This document shows, piece by piece, positions 10,406 to 21,562 of a stretch of 64,000 nt of DNA. Origin of the DNA: Cyanidioschyzon merolae. Taxonomy: Eukaryota. The notes beneath the pieces are model-generated. The model was not told the origin of the DNA. It saw only the letters and a list, made by a program, of their open reading frames with translations, and ran no database searches. The stretch's first letter is position 1; the number at the start of each line of letters is the position of its first letter. Location of the stretch: the NCBI GenBank assembly GCA_000091205.1, contig AP006495.2. The stretch is one strand, 5' to 3'. The position numbers were made by a program, and so were the translations under genes.

Positions 10406-12320
10406 ATAACGACGCAGGTACCTGGCCTGCTGCACGAGTGCATCCCGTAGCGGGCAGATGCTGAACCCGTCGCAAGAACGCGACATGTGCCCGCTCGGCA
10501 TGCAGAGCAGAGACGATGCGTGCGCGGGTATCTGAATGCCACCGCGCGCACGGCGGCCCAGCGCAACGAACAGGCCTGCGAACATCATTTTCGTGGATCG
10601 ATGTACGTTCCATAAAGACGTGCTATGCTCGTGAGCACTGGCAGTCTACAATGCGTACTCAAAACCTTCACGATGAAAATCCCGACAAAGTTCCCGTGTT
10701 TGCAATACCGAATCGACGGATTGTTGTCATTGGCATCGATGAACCTGAATGGACCCCATCATAGAGGTGTCCGCTTCAGGGCGTGGAATTCAAGTCTCGT
10801 TTGCATGACACATGTTCTCGTTCGCTGTTCACGACGAATTACTGGGGAATTCGGGACCATGTGGCCTCAAGAACAATATCTCATTCGGAAGACGCCAGCT
10901 TTAGACGTATCCGCGGGTCAAGGTACGCAGTTGATTATCCTCTCACCATAAATGCCGGTCCGCTCGCACATGCTTCCTCGCATGCGCAGGTGTAGTTACA
11001 TGCCTTGGCACCGCTCGGTGCATATGCCAATTGGTTGTACAGCTGTCCTCGTGGCATGCACCTGCATCCCATGATGAGCGCTCGCTTCCCCGGCCAGAGA
11101 AGCGACCATGTGACTGGCATCTAAAACATCTGACCCTGAGTGCCCTATCTGGAGAATCGTGTCAACGCGCTGCAGAGGTGCGCGAAAACGCGGAGCGATC
11201 GCTGCGAATCGGGTCCTCGCAACAAACCACGTATTCCTCAGGCTCAGTCGTAGCGCTCTCTCGGGACGGAGTGTGCAACTTGCCAAGGTTGTGCGGGCAA
11301 GATGATTTCAAATGACTCGCACTGAGCGCCACTTTTTCCGAAATGAACGGGGACGACGACGCGAAGCGCTCAGGGAAGCGGTTACCGGATCAACCCGCAA
11401 AGACACAGCGTACCAAAGGTCCCGTCTCCTTCCCTTCCACAGTCTCGCTTGCTAGTTTATGTGAAGAGGGCGCTACTGCGTCATCAAATCTGGACCTGCT
11501 TGCGTCCTGCTCGAGCGTTCAGGGCTCAGAGGACTGCGACTGCGAAGGACACCAGCCGGAGTCAGAACGCCGCTTGAAGAGGCCTCGCCAGGCTCCTTGG
11601 GCAGCGGAGCCAGCGAACCAGCGCCGGCCACCGTTCGATCACGGCAACTCTGAATCTATACCACCAGCCGGTGTGCAGTCGCAGGGGACTTCGGCAAGCA
11701 ACGGAACTGATTCCTCGGAGCGCAAGTCGACGGAAGCAACCTGGAGTAGGCAGTCCGTCGACTGCAGCACCGCGGAGAAGCTCGCTGGAAACCTGTGTGC
11801 AAACCAAGTGAGCGCTGAGCGCAGCGGCCAATTCTATACGAAAGTGAATGAGCTTCTCCATGATTTACACAAGGAAAGAGTCAGCCGACAATGCCGCTCG
11901 CCCCATGAATCCTAAGACTGCCCTGCGACATGGACTGACCCTATGCGGCCTGGCGGATGCTGAAACCCTCTTTTGCTGATTTTATCCCATGAGGCTGCCT
12001 TTCAGAGACGAAGCGGGAACCTGGCAATAGGCTACGAGGCCTGCATGCTCTGACCCTGTCATCGACAGGCCCCGTGCTCACGAGCAATGTCGGTATCGTG
12101 GTATGCCGCCAGGGCCGTTTCACTTCATTGCAACCGCAACTCCAAGCGAGGATCATCGCTCGATACCTACAAGCCGAAGTAAAACAAGGCCAATCTTTTT
12201 ACGATGCAAGTGAAGCGTCTCCGGTGGATCCGCGACGCATTCGCTCGCGTAGCAGTATCCTTATACCGGAAGGCAGCCTTGCTCTTCCGACTCCAGTGTA
12301 AAATCGAGATCTCGGAACAT

Positions 12321-13745
12321 CTAGGGTGCGCGGATGTGCACCAGGCCAGCTCGTATGAGCATGCGAACTTGGTCTAAAGTGCACCCACTCGCCTCCATGA
12401 GTTCACGAGTTCTTCGCCGATTCGACAGTGCCCCACCTGACGAAGCGTCAGCGACCATCTGCTTTGCAAAGGCGACTTGTGCCGCGCTCAGCGACACCGG
12501 CCTATAATCGCGATCGAGGACAAGTTCAGACGGGGCGCCGTACGCGCATTCGCTCCATTCGGGAATGCTGGCAGCGATTTCATCATCCGTGGGCTCTGTC
12601 GAGGGAAACGGGTCGCGCGCTAGGAAGAACTCAAAGTGCGTGATGCGCTCGGGATCGAGAAGTTCCACCAATCTCCACCGCTCCGCGTCGCTGAGCCCCT
12701 GAACAAGCTGACGTACCTCGGGATCGTTCCCCAGCAAGTGGTCTAGATCAAAGTTTCGAGCATTCGACCAGCCCAGGAATCGCAGACCGCTTTTCTCCGC
12801 CAACGCCAAGACGGACGGTACATCGAAGTCGTGTTCCAATGGATGGACATACATATCCGCGAATGTGGCATCGGAGCGGTTGTCGTGTGCCCATCGCTCA
12901 TTCTCTCGTTTCTTTAAGCGATTCTCGTCCGGAAGCGCCCTAAAGAGTGCCCGACCGAGGGCGACTCCCTTTTTATAATCCCCTTTGCTGCCGGTAGCCT
13001 CTTGGATCAGGGCAATCGCTGCCTGCATCCGACGAATTTCCCACCGACCTGCCTCGGCGTAGACGAAAACATGCAGGATGCCACCGGGGGCTAGTTTTCC
13101 CGCCAGCATCTGCAGCGCTCTGGCTGGGTCTGGTGTATGATGAATCACGCCGACACAATTGATCATGTCAAATCGACCGCTTATTTCTCCGTCCTCGAGA
13201 TCGAAAATGGACTTGCAGTACAGGCTGGTGCGATGCCGGGCATCGGGGACCGACAGCTCGAGGCGCTCACGTGCAGTCGCCAGGGCTGTCGGCGACAGGT
13301 CAAAAGCAACCACTTCTGCCTGCGGGTTCAAGTGAACCAGATACTCCGTGCCGCAGCCGGTTCCACAGCCGGCGTCCAGAATACGAACTTTCGTTGTCGC
13401 TGGAACGCGACCCTTGGCACAAAAAGCGTACGCCGTGGGGTAGTGCCAGCGCCAGTTATAGCCTGGTGGAGCCCCGCTCGTAGGCGGATCCGGCGGAAAC
13501 GGGTATGCGTTGTACAGCTTCTGGACAGCCTCTGTAGCGGAATCTAGCTTACGACCCGACTCGCGCTGCTCGAGCGAGGCTACAAGTGTCCAGACTCGAC
13601 TTGGGCGTTGGTGTACTCTGAAAGAAAGGCCTCGTCCGCCGTGAAGCAGCCTACGTAGTCTCGGCTGTGCGAGCGTTTTACCTGCAACAAAACTAGAAAC
13701 GCTCAAGAACGCAGTTGCCTGAGTCTTTTTCGTACCGGTATCCAT
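12321..13745 (-). CDS. Class I SAM-dependent methyltransferase.
   Basis: Glycine-rich SAM-binding motif I in VRILDAGCGTGCGTEYL, followed by the acidic motif II (VVAFDLS) and a conserved downstream fold. The ORF is 12321..13841; the start is placed at the ATG at 13745 (MDTGTKK), since there is no other Met before motif I. The first codons overlap the 3' tail of the adjacent Fanzor-like element. Confidence 0.65.
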   Translation of the reverse strand: MDTGTKKTQATAFLSVSSFVAGKTLAQPRLRRLLHGGRGLSFRVHQRPSRVWTLVASLEQRESGRKLDSATEAVQKLYNAYPFPPDPPTSGAPPGYNWRWHYPTAYAFCAKGRVPATTKVRILDAGCGTGCGTEYLVHLNPQAEVVAFDLSPTALATARERLELSVPDARHRTSLYCKSIFDLEDGEISGRFDMINCVGVIHHTPDPARALQMLAGKLAPGGILHVFVYAEAGRWEIRRMQAAIALIQEATGSKGDYKKGVALGRALFRALPDENRLKKRENERWAHDNRSDATFADMYVHPLEHDFDVPSVLALAEKSGLRFLGWSNARNFDLDHLLGNDPEVRQLVQGLSDAERWRLVELLDPERITHFEFFLARDPFPSTEPTDDEIAASIPEWSECAYGAPSELVLDRDYRPVSLSAAQVAFAKQMVADASSGGALSNRRRTRELMEASGCTLDQVRMLIRAGLVHIRAP

Positions 13746-15655
13746 CCAGGTTGAAACTCTCGCCTGTTGCGGCACAAAACAGCAGGCGTGGTTATCGGAA
13801 CAGAAGGATTTCACGACTAGAGGGTAAATGGATGCTGCCATGCTGACGCCTCACGGTCTTTTTGGGCCGGCCACCTGCTATCGACTTCATCTTCTTCCCG
13901 TAAAATTCCACACTGAGAGGCTGCTCCACAAAGTTGGCTCTCGTCAGCTCTTTGGGTCTCTTCTCCATTACGACACATCTCCGTATAGTGATGGCGGCAT
14001 GAAAGTCTCGGGTCACAGCCTCCATGCGTTTCTTGCCGCCGCTGGTTGTACTCACCAGTGCAGGGTGTCCTCGAACTCATGCCCTCTGTGGCATTTTCTG
14101 TTCCGCCAGCGCTCCGTACTTTTCGATATCCGCAGGGCTCCTGTGAAACTTTTCCATCTCGAACCTCTGAAGCGTACACCTCAGTTCGTGGTGCACATAC
14201 GATGTTCGGAACTCTTATGTATGTATTGTGAAAAAACGGTGTGCATACTCTTTGTACGCTCTTGTCGACGGAGCTGGTGCACATCCTTTTTTATGCGTCA
14301 AGCGCCCTGTTCCGAGTGCTATCACGAGTCGTTGACTCTTGTCCTCCTTGAGGGCGCTCAACTTATTGAACAAGTTGGCGAATGCACGCTGCTTCCCACA
14401 GTCCAAGTCGATACGCTGACGAGCGCACCGGCGCTTGGTGTACTCTTTCCACATCTCCTCGGAATGAGCAACGCGAATTTTCACGGACTCCTGAAAAGCT
14501 TGAAAGCTCGCACCTCGGCTCGTCACATTGCGGAACTCCTTCTTCCTGACATCGTACTCCAGACTGATCTCCCTCGTGATGCCGTAAAGGGCTCTGGAGC
14601 CAATTGTCACCAAGTGCGACTTGATGTTGCGTATGGGAACGACATTGAAGCGCTTCTCTAGTAGGGAAGCGTTCCGTTTCTCCGACTCTTCATTTGCTTC
14701 CACATCCTGCTCCATTGCGGCCTTGCGATCGAGTTGCCGGTTCAGGACCACAAAATAGCACAGCATCAGAGGATAACTTTTCTTAATCTCTGATACCTTT
14801 TCTGCTGGGTTGACCAGCCCCAAGACCGCCCGATGCTCTTAAATAGCCACACGGATCGCAGAAGCTTCATTCGTGCTTCTGCGTGATGTCTTCTTGTCGA
14901 CGAACTCGATCCCCTGTTCGTGCTGGGGATCGTTCATGATGCCATTGATGATGGCCCATGTTCCTTTGCGAGAGAGGCCTGGGTAGAGTGGAAGAATGGA
15001 GCGTATCATGAAACGTTTGAGGTTCACGATCATGTGGTTCTTCAGGCCCATGAGGTACTTGATTGCCCCTCATCCGTAAACGCACAAGTTACCCTTGTAT
15101 CGAGTACTGTTGAAGCGGAATTCGGGGTGATATTCGTGGCGGGCGTGCACTCGCTCATTTCTCCGCGAGGTTTCCCACGTGCTAACCTTCAGGTGGCTGA
15201 TGAAGCTCTAGTCGTAAAATTCTTCCGGAACCTCGACTGTTTTGATGGCCGTCACGTCGCGATACATCTCCCTCGCCAAATGCATTAGTCCTGACGACGC
15301 CTATGTAATACTCTTGGAGTACGAATCGACATGGTTTCTGATAGCGTCTCGCAGCTTTTGCTTGTACGGATTTTTGATATATTTAAGAAGACAGGCTTTC
15401 ACCACAGTCTCGTTGTACTGTGGTCTTTCTTGCAGCCATTGACGTCGGACCTCCTGCCTTCGCTTCTTCGTCTTCTCCAGTCCCTCTCTGCTTGGGACTG
15501 TTTTTCGTTTTTTTCCGCTAGCCGGCGACACGAATCCTCCAGGATCCTCCACTTGCTTCTAGATAAGTATCGTTTTTTATTTTTGAAAACGAACCCACTT
15601 CGAACGCTTCTCCTATAAACCACGAAAAAGCACTCGAATACACTAATGTGAGGGT
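13700..15655 (-). mobile_element. Fanzor/TnpB-like (OMEGA family) transposable element, copy A, near full length (~1.9 kb).
   Basis: The 5' end (plus-strand 15575-15650) is homologous to the 5' ends of copies C, D and the 10 kb palindrome. The 3' tail (ccggtacgaaaaagactcagg...) is a diverged version of the tail shared by B, C and D. The internal ORFs encode an NLS-rich N-terminus and the RuvC-III motif. Confidence 0.5.
13792..15552 (-). pseudogene. Fanzor/TnpB-like RuvC nuclease gene, apparently frameshifted.
   Basis: Colinear minus-strand ORFs: 15301..15552 (MEDPGGFVSPASGKKRKTVPSREGLEKTKKRRQEVRRQ, basic NLS-like), then 14839..15051, 14215..14823 and 13792..14055 (GGKKRMEAVTRDFHAAITIRRC, the D-x-N-A-A-x-N-I RuvC-III signature). 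The 150 bp before the motif is split over three frames, including a Cys/His-containing stretch (RKCHRGHEF) in a third frame. This indicates frameshifts or unrecognised introns. Confidence 0.5.
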
Positions 15656-16663
15656 TGGCACCCTACCGAACTGAAAGACTATACTTTGCTACAACTCGAA
15701 CGCTAGTACATCTTGTACAGCAGAACACCACGCTAATGATCAGGATCGCGTTTTCCTCCATAGGCGGCATTTGCGTCATCTCTCATGCCTGCCAGATATC
15801 GACGTGCATATATCGACGACGCTATAGAAAGAAGGAAAAGAAAAGAACCACGTACTAGCAACTCAATTAGAAATTCTTTCTTTCTGTGCGGTATACATTA
15901 GAAAGGGGAGCAAGCTTTCCGAACACTCGAACGTTTATCTTCTAGGCGGAAGGTTTCTCGAGCCTGACGAGTCTGCCGCGCTCGTGTTTCATGCTCCTCC
16001 TGGTGGCGGGTGCTGTACTGAGCTCCGAGCAGCTGTCCGTAACGCAGGTTATTCTGGGACTTGGAGCCGGTAAGCGGCATCTGGATATCGCCCTAGTCGC
16101 GGTGACCTCTTTGTATATCGCTTCGCGCTGTCGCAGGCCGTACGCTTTTCTACACAGTTTGCTGCCTCCGAGAATGATAGTGCATCCCGAATCCGTATTG
16201 AATGAAGCACGACTCGAGCCTTGACTCTCGGTGGTGTGGCAACGCCTTCTGTCTCTATGCTGCATCCGCACCTGCGGTATGGGTGCCATTGCGGTTGCTC
16301 ACGGCAGGCTCGTCGGTCGATACAACGTTTGAAACGACCACTATATCCGAGAAGAAGTATGACTCATGGAACTTGGTAGCAGGGTGTGTTACAAGCGATG
16401 CTTCATGGCGCTAATGTCAAGCGTACACTCGGCAAAAAACACTGGCCTGTCAACGTTCTATCAATGAAAAATAAAAATCATTCGGTTGTTCGACCTGCGC
16501 AATTCTGCCCGTCTACTCGCGCCCAGCACCAAGCAGCAGCGCACACCACACGCACCTGCTTCGAGCGAGACTTTTACCAGGCCAAAACACTGGTCCGTTC
16601 TCTATGGCGAGTTTATTGGAGCGTGAAGAATTAGAGTGATAGAGACGTGGTACCCGAGCTCAG

Positions 16664-17110
16664 ATGGCGCTCAGTGGCCGTGCCGAGGAAGGTCGCACCT
16701 TGATGGCAGTGGACTTGGCGCTTCAGCCAGCGCCGGCGTTGCCAAAGGATGGCGGCGCTGAGGTTACTGCAGCGATCGACCTATGCGCAGAGCAACTGCA
16801 GCTCATGATTCAGTGTTTACTCGAGCGTGAAGCGGACGAGTTTTGTCAAGAGTCGTTGCTGCTCTTCGCCGCTTGCAAAGAACGAAGGGACAACGCACTG
16901 CGAACCAGGATCCTGGGGTACGACAGGCGGCACGGTGTACAGGTATCAACGCTTGAGCGAGAGTCTCAGGAGGTGGCACAAGCGCTCGATCGGGAGAAAC
17001 AAAGACAAGGAGAGAGGGAAACGCTCGGCGTAGTCCACCTCACGTCGCGTCTGCAGGACTTGAGGGCGCGCATCAAGGCGCTCACCAACGGCACCGAATC
17101 AACGGACTGA
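16664..17110 (+). CDS. Hypothetical small coiled-coil protein.
   Basis: 148-aa ORF of non-repetitive composition with no recognisable domain. It lies in a gap between confident genes. Confidence 0.3.
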   Translation: MALSGRAEEGRTLMAVDLALQPAPALPKDGGAEVTAAIDLCAEQLQLMIQCLLEREADEFCQESLLLFAACKERRDNALRTRILGYDRRHGVQVSTLERESQEVAQALDREKQRQGERETLGVVHLTSRLQDLRARIKALTNGTESTD

Positions 17111-17681
17111 ACCGCCACAATATGCTGGGTTCGAGCCCGCCTCACCTGCGCCATGACGAGTAAAGCACCTGAGGCGGTCTTGGACGCGCACTGCGGAACA
17201 GCGGACTGCGCATCCTGTTCACTTGGATCAGTGGCCTCAGTCGGCTGCTCCTTCACCCTGCACGGTGTCCGTCATACACCCACGCAAACAGGGAGGTGGC
17301 GCGAATGCTGCCCGCTCGGCCAAGGCGGACTCGCACGTATCGACCCGTGTCGTTCGCGCCGTGCCGCTCTTAGTACGGTAAAAATCCCACAACGGTATCC
17401 ACGCCAGCACTCTGAAGCGCCCTGGTTGACATCGGGCATCAGACATTCGCGGTCGAGCGTCTCTGTCTTGGATTCCCGAGGTTTCATGCTGGCGCGGTAA
17501 CTCCAGCGTGGCGCTCTGACGGTATCCGCTGGTGACGACACATGCTCGCTCGAGCCGCTTCGCATGGATACGATCGCAACGAACTGCGGACTGGAGGTGT
17601 GTCCGCGAATTTCAACCAACGAAATGCAGCACCCGGACACATTCCAGTAGTCTTTGACTACTTCGTCTAGAGTTAAACCCT

Positions 17682-18446
17682 TTAAACATCTGAAGCGTAG
17701 CACTGTCGACAGTCGACCGGGGGCTCTGTATAATCAATGCCAGCATGCTGCATCCGAACGGCCATATCGAAAAGATAATCCAAGCACTCGGTCACTGTCT
17801 TGGCCTCGACATCGTCACGACCCCAAGCGTAGAGACCGTGACGTCGAACCAGAACTGCCGGTGATTTCGGATAGCGCTGCATGGCTTTGGCCATATCCCC
17901 TGCCAGCTCCTCTTCGTGCGCCGTATTGTCGATCACGGGAATAACCAGCGTGTCATGATACCCGTGCAAAGGGATCCCTTTTATCATTTCCAAATGGGTA
18001 ATTCTGAACTCCGCGTCTGCTTGCGTACGGGGCAGCAGCGTTACCATAACAGCGGCTGGAGAGTGCGTGTGAATGCACGCACCAGCATCCCGCAGTCGAA
18101 AAGCGTTGTAAAATAGAGGGCAACACTGCGAGACCCGTAGCGACGGCGTACTCACGGGACGCTGGAGGATCTCCCCCGTCTCCAGGTCGAGCACAAAGAT
18201 GTCTTGACGTCGAATTCGCTCCTTTTGTACTCCACTCGGCGCCATGTAGACGCAGCGACCCTGTCGCACGGAGATGCCCCCGCCAGTGCCAGTCACCCAG
18301 CCGAGCTGGTAAAACTGCCTACAGAGCCCAGTTATGACGGAAACCGGGTCCTCGTGACCTTCTTCATACATTCGGTCAAGAGGGCGCTCCGTGTCAACGT
18401 GACGATCGTCGCAGCAGCAGCAGCCCGCGCCGTTCGCCAGCTCCAT
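17682..18446 (-). CDS. mtnB: Methylthioribulose-1-phosphate dehydratase (MtnB/APIP, class II aldolase/adducin fold).
   Basis: CRQFYQLGWVTGTGGGISVRQG...YMAPSGVQKERI...DIFVLD...ACIHTHS...VIPVIDNTAHEEEL match conserved MtnB blocks. 254 aa. Confidence 0.75.
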   Translation of the reverse strand: MELANGAGCCCCDDRHVDTERPLDRMYEEGHEDPVSVITGLCRQFYQLGWVTGTGGGISVRQGRCVYMAPSGVQKERIRRQDIFVLDLETGEILQRPVSTPSLRVSQCCPLFYNAFRLRDAGACIHTHSPAAVMVTLLPRTQADAEFRITHLEMIKGIPLHGYHDTLVIPVIDNTAHEEELAGDMAKAMQRYPKSPAVLVRRHGLYAWGRDDVEAKTVTECLDYLFDMAVRMQHAGIDYTEPPVDCRQCYASDV

Positions 18447-18493
18447 AGTGCCTCAACCAGCGCCCTAGGCGGCACAGGGCAAAGTCGTGGTCG

Positions 18494-21400
18494 TTAGCGC
18501 GCACGCATCGCCGGCTGATCGACGGCACCCGCCGCTGGCAATTCGTCGATGCGCCCGTCGCCCTCGACACCGAAGCACACCGCGAGGAGCTTTCGGCGAT
18601 CTACGAATTGGAATCCGCGTTGTAAGTAGAGGATTTGTTTGTGAGAGGCTTCATAGTATTGCGAGAGTGCTTGAAATGCTCGCAGCTCTGAAACGGTGAT
18701 ACCGTTCGGAACACATACTAGAATGAGGTCGTGGTCGCGGAGTTGTGGGACGTTGGAGTTGGACGCCTGCGCTCCGCGTGACTCGCGTGGAAAGCCTATG
18801 ATTTCAGCGATCGCAGCGAGCGCGCTTCCTTTTCGTCGTGGGTGAAAACTCAGATTCGTGTTGGCACCCTCGAGTGAGGCAAATAATAAGGCCGGCAGGG
18901 TCAAGACGCCCATGCTTTGCGTCGCGTTTGCCGTGCCGCTCTGCACAGCCTCAACCAGTGTGCTATTGAGCCAGTTTGTCCAAACGCTTGCAACAGCTTC
19001 ATAATCCGGTCCATTGTGGGCTGAAATGCTGCTCAATTCAAAGAGGCGATCTACAAGCAGGTTTGCGGTGTCTCGTATCCAGGCATCCCCGGCTCGCGTC
19101 GCGGCAGCTTCAATAGCCCCGGACAAGCGGGTACGCTCGGCCTCGGATGCGTCCGCCTTCCAGTCCAGTACCGAGCACGTGTATGCAAGGAACGGTAGCA
19201 CCACTCGGTGGAGATTCTGGTTTGAAATGACATCAAGGAGCTCGTCCATGATGTGATGCAATGAAAAGCCGGCAGAGGCCCAGTTCCGAGCCAGCTGGAG
19301 CAGCGACTGCAGTCTTTGTTCATCGGTGCATGCCGCCTCGACGCTGGGGTCTGCATGCTGCTTCGTGTCCGCATCCTGGAGCATTGTCGCCGCGCACCAT
19401 ATCGCAGTGGCAGCGTAGATGAATAGGCCACTCTGGCGAACGCGCTGGCGAGGTTCCAGAGCATCCCAGACGCTTTCGATCAGCGTACGCATCTGCTCAA
19501 CCTGATCTCCAAGACTTGCGGTTTTTTCCACTGATGACGCATTTGCAATTTCCGTATCTGGATGAGACATCGCACTGGGTACCGCTTGTGAATTTTCTAC
19601 GCCAACGCCAGCGGTGGAAACGCGCCCCAGACGTGTGGCGCCCAGTTTTCGGCGTGGCGGACGTGGCGGCCCTGCTATCGATGAACAACGGACAGTCTCT
19701 GCAGGCCGTGTGTGCACCGCCTTGTTGGCTAAGGTCTGCTGCGGCGTCGCCAAAAAAGAAAGCTGCTTCTTCACAAAGGAAAGAAACGCTGCCACATCGT
19801 GCTGCCGCTCGAGCAACGCTTCGGTGAATTCACCAGTCGAGAGAAGCGCCCTTGTCCCGGAAACACCCCCCAGCGGCGCAATGAACCAGTCGAGATCAGA
19901 GCCAGCATCGGATTCAGAATATAGAAACCGACGAGATACCTTCTCCAATACGTGTCCCTGCGACGCCAATAGACATCCGAACCAGTCATGGATCGCTGGA
20001 TCCATGCCGTTCGCGTGTCGAACCGCTGACGCAACGTCCAACAGCCGATCCATAAACACTACACACATGCGCACGGGGGTAGCACTCAAATCCGACTCGA
20101 GGCGTTGAAGGTCATCGATCCGTAATCCTTCGTAATTCGCGAGTTCGAGGTCCGCCATTTCCGATTCTGCACATTCTAAAGATTCTACGAAGCGTTTCGC
20201 GATAGCATCTGCGACTGGAGCACGCCCGAGTACAAACGCTCCCGTGCACGAGCACTTCAACGCTGCGCATAGAGCAGCGACTTCGCGTGACACCCGTAGA
20301 GCGGCATCGGCGAGAGAATCCGTCAGACTTTGCTCAAAAAGTATCCTTGGATGGGTCCAGGGCTTAACGTCGTCCCCAAAGCCGATACATTGATACCAAG
20401 CACACGATCCTGGAGATAACACCCCCAAGTTCTGACTCGGAAAAGCCGAATACATCGCCAAAAGAGGTGCGTACAGTATCCAGCTCTGCACGTCAAGATC
20501 CCGTCGGTGACGCTGACAAGGAATCTCCCCTGGTGAACCGCGACACGCCGCACAGGTTGCGGTGTAGCGACGAAGCACCTCTCGCTCGATACGTGCCTTA
20601 AGCGCTGCGTAAGGAAAAAGTTCACCAAGGGATTCTCGCGAAGTTTCACCACGCCCGACATCGCGAGACAATTCAGAGGAATGGTGCATCTCGGAGGCGC
20701 TCCAGGACGTTGCAGACTGACGTACTCGCCAGGCTTGGGCGGCCTCGGCGTTCGTCCAAGTCGTAAAGAGCAACACCCGGAGCTGCAGTGCGTCTGCGAC
20801 GCTCGGGTCAGTGTCTCGTTCAGTGACGATACTGAGGGGCTCTATGACAGCGAGAACACGCTCGACAATAGCTGAGATTAGACCGTCCTCGAGCAAACTC
20901 GGCACCTCACACCCGATCAAAAATATGATGGGAATAACTGCTCCTACCTGGCTGGTCCAGAGTTCGCGCACTGCCAGCTCTCGCACGGGCGTTTCCCAGT
21001 CGTAGATCGCCGCTATGTCAACAGGCAGTTCTAAGAGCTCATGTAGCGGTAGAACACTCGACAGCGCCAGCCAACTCGATCTGTCTCCAAATATGACACT
21101 GCCCCTTTGCATGTATTGTCTACAGAAACTCCGAGCCAACTTTTTCAGTACCTCGTGTACTGTTCGACCGCCGCTGAAACGGCGCATTTCTGTGCCGGGT
21201 ACGGAAAGACGCAAAAAAAACACCAACCGAGGATCGAACCAGTGAAGGTTGTCCTCTACCGTGCAAAGGTTTCTGTACGCATCACCTGGAGAGATCGACT
21301 CGCAGCTCGTCGTCGGTAGACGTAGGTTCGGCTCCAGCGACCGCAGGCAGGTTTCGGGAATCCACCAGCGGGAATGAGCGGGTGGTGCATCCCATGCGCC

Positions 21401-21562
21401 CGGGCGGTTTTCAGCCAGCCAGCCGGCGTGCGCGCCATCCACCAGCGATCGCTTTCGCACGGAGCGCCCAGCGGCAGCTCCAGAGCATCCTCGGACTGCG
21501 GGACCTACGTCAGAACAAAATGAAACGGGGCCACCTGGCAAACTCGGGCGTACAGAATACAC
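18494..21562 (-). CDS. Large hypothetical protein (1022 aa).
   Basis: Uninterrupted 3 kb ORF of non-repetitive, helix-rich composition; no family recognised by eye. Antisense ORFs within it were ignored. Confidence 0.5.
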   Translation of the reverse strand: MYSVRPSLPGGPVSFCSDVGPAVRGCSGAAAGRSVRKRSLVDGAHAGWLAENRPGAWDAPPAHSRWWIPETCLRSLEPNLRLPTTSCESISPGDAYRNLCTVEDNLHWFDPRLVFFLRLSVPGTEMRRFSGGRTVHEVLKKLARSFCRQYMQRGSVIFGDRSSWLALSSVLPLHELLELPVDIAAIYDWETPVRELAVRELWTSQVGAVIPIIFLIGCEVPSLLEDGLISAIVERVLAVIEPLSIVTERDTDPSVADALQLRVLLFTTWTNAEAAQAWRVRQSATSWSASEMHHSSELSRDVGRGETSRESLGELFPYAALKARIEREVLRRYTATCAACRGSPGEIPCQRHRRDLDVQSWILYAPLLAMYSAFPSQNLGVLSPGSCAWYQCIGFGDDVKPWTHPRILFEQSLTDSLADAALRVSREVAALCAALKCSCTGAFVLGRAPVADAIAKRFVESLECAESEMADLELANYEGLRIDDLQRLESDLSATPVRMCVVFMDRLLDVASAVRHANGMDPAIHDWFGCLLASQGHVLEKVSRRFLYSESDAGSDLDWFIAPLGGVSGTRALLSTGEFTEALLERQHDVAAFLSFVKKQLSFLATPQQTLANKAVHTRPAETVRCSSIAGPPRPPRRKLGATRLGRVSTAGVGVENSQAVPSAMSHPDTEIANASSVEKTASLGDQVEQMRTLIESVWDALEPRQRVRQSGLFIYAATAIWCAATMLQDADTKQHADPSVEAACTDEQRLQSLLQLARNWASAGFSLHHIMDELLDVISNQNLHRVVLPFLAYTCSVLDWKADASEAERTRLSGAIEAAATRAGDAWIRDTANLLVDRLFELSSISAHNGPDYEAVASVWTNWLNSTLVEAVQSGTANATQSMGVLTLPALLFASLEGANTNLSFHPRRKGSALAAIAEIIGFPRESRGAQASNSNVPQLRDHDLILVCVPNGITVSELRAFQALSQYYEASHKQILYLQRGFQFVDRRKLLAVCFGVEGDGRIDELPAAGAVDQPAMRAR

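Noticed and set aside
13828-14661. 277-aa ORF on the plus strand.
   Set aside because: It is antisense to the Fanzor-like nuclease pieces (14215-14823 and 13792-14055, minus strand), which carry recognisable motifs. Long antisense ORFs are expected in GC-rich coding DNA.
17120-17152. tRNA-like 3' end: tgGGTTCGAGCCcgcctcacctgcgCCA, with a T-loop-like GGTTCGAGCC and a terminal CCA.
   Set aside because: The putative T-stem does not pair (ctggg versus ccgcc). No D-arm or anticodon arm could be folded from the upstream 50 nt, and no T-run terminator follows. It lies in the 3' flank of ORF 16664-17110, so it is most likely a chance match.
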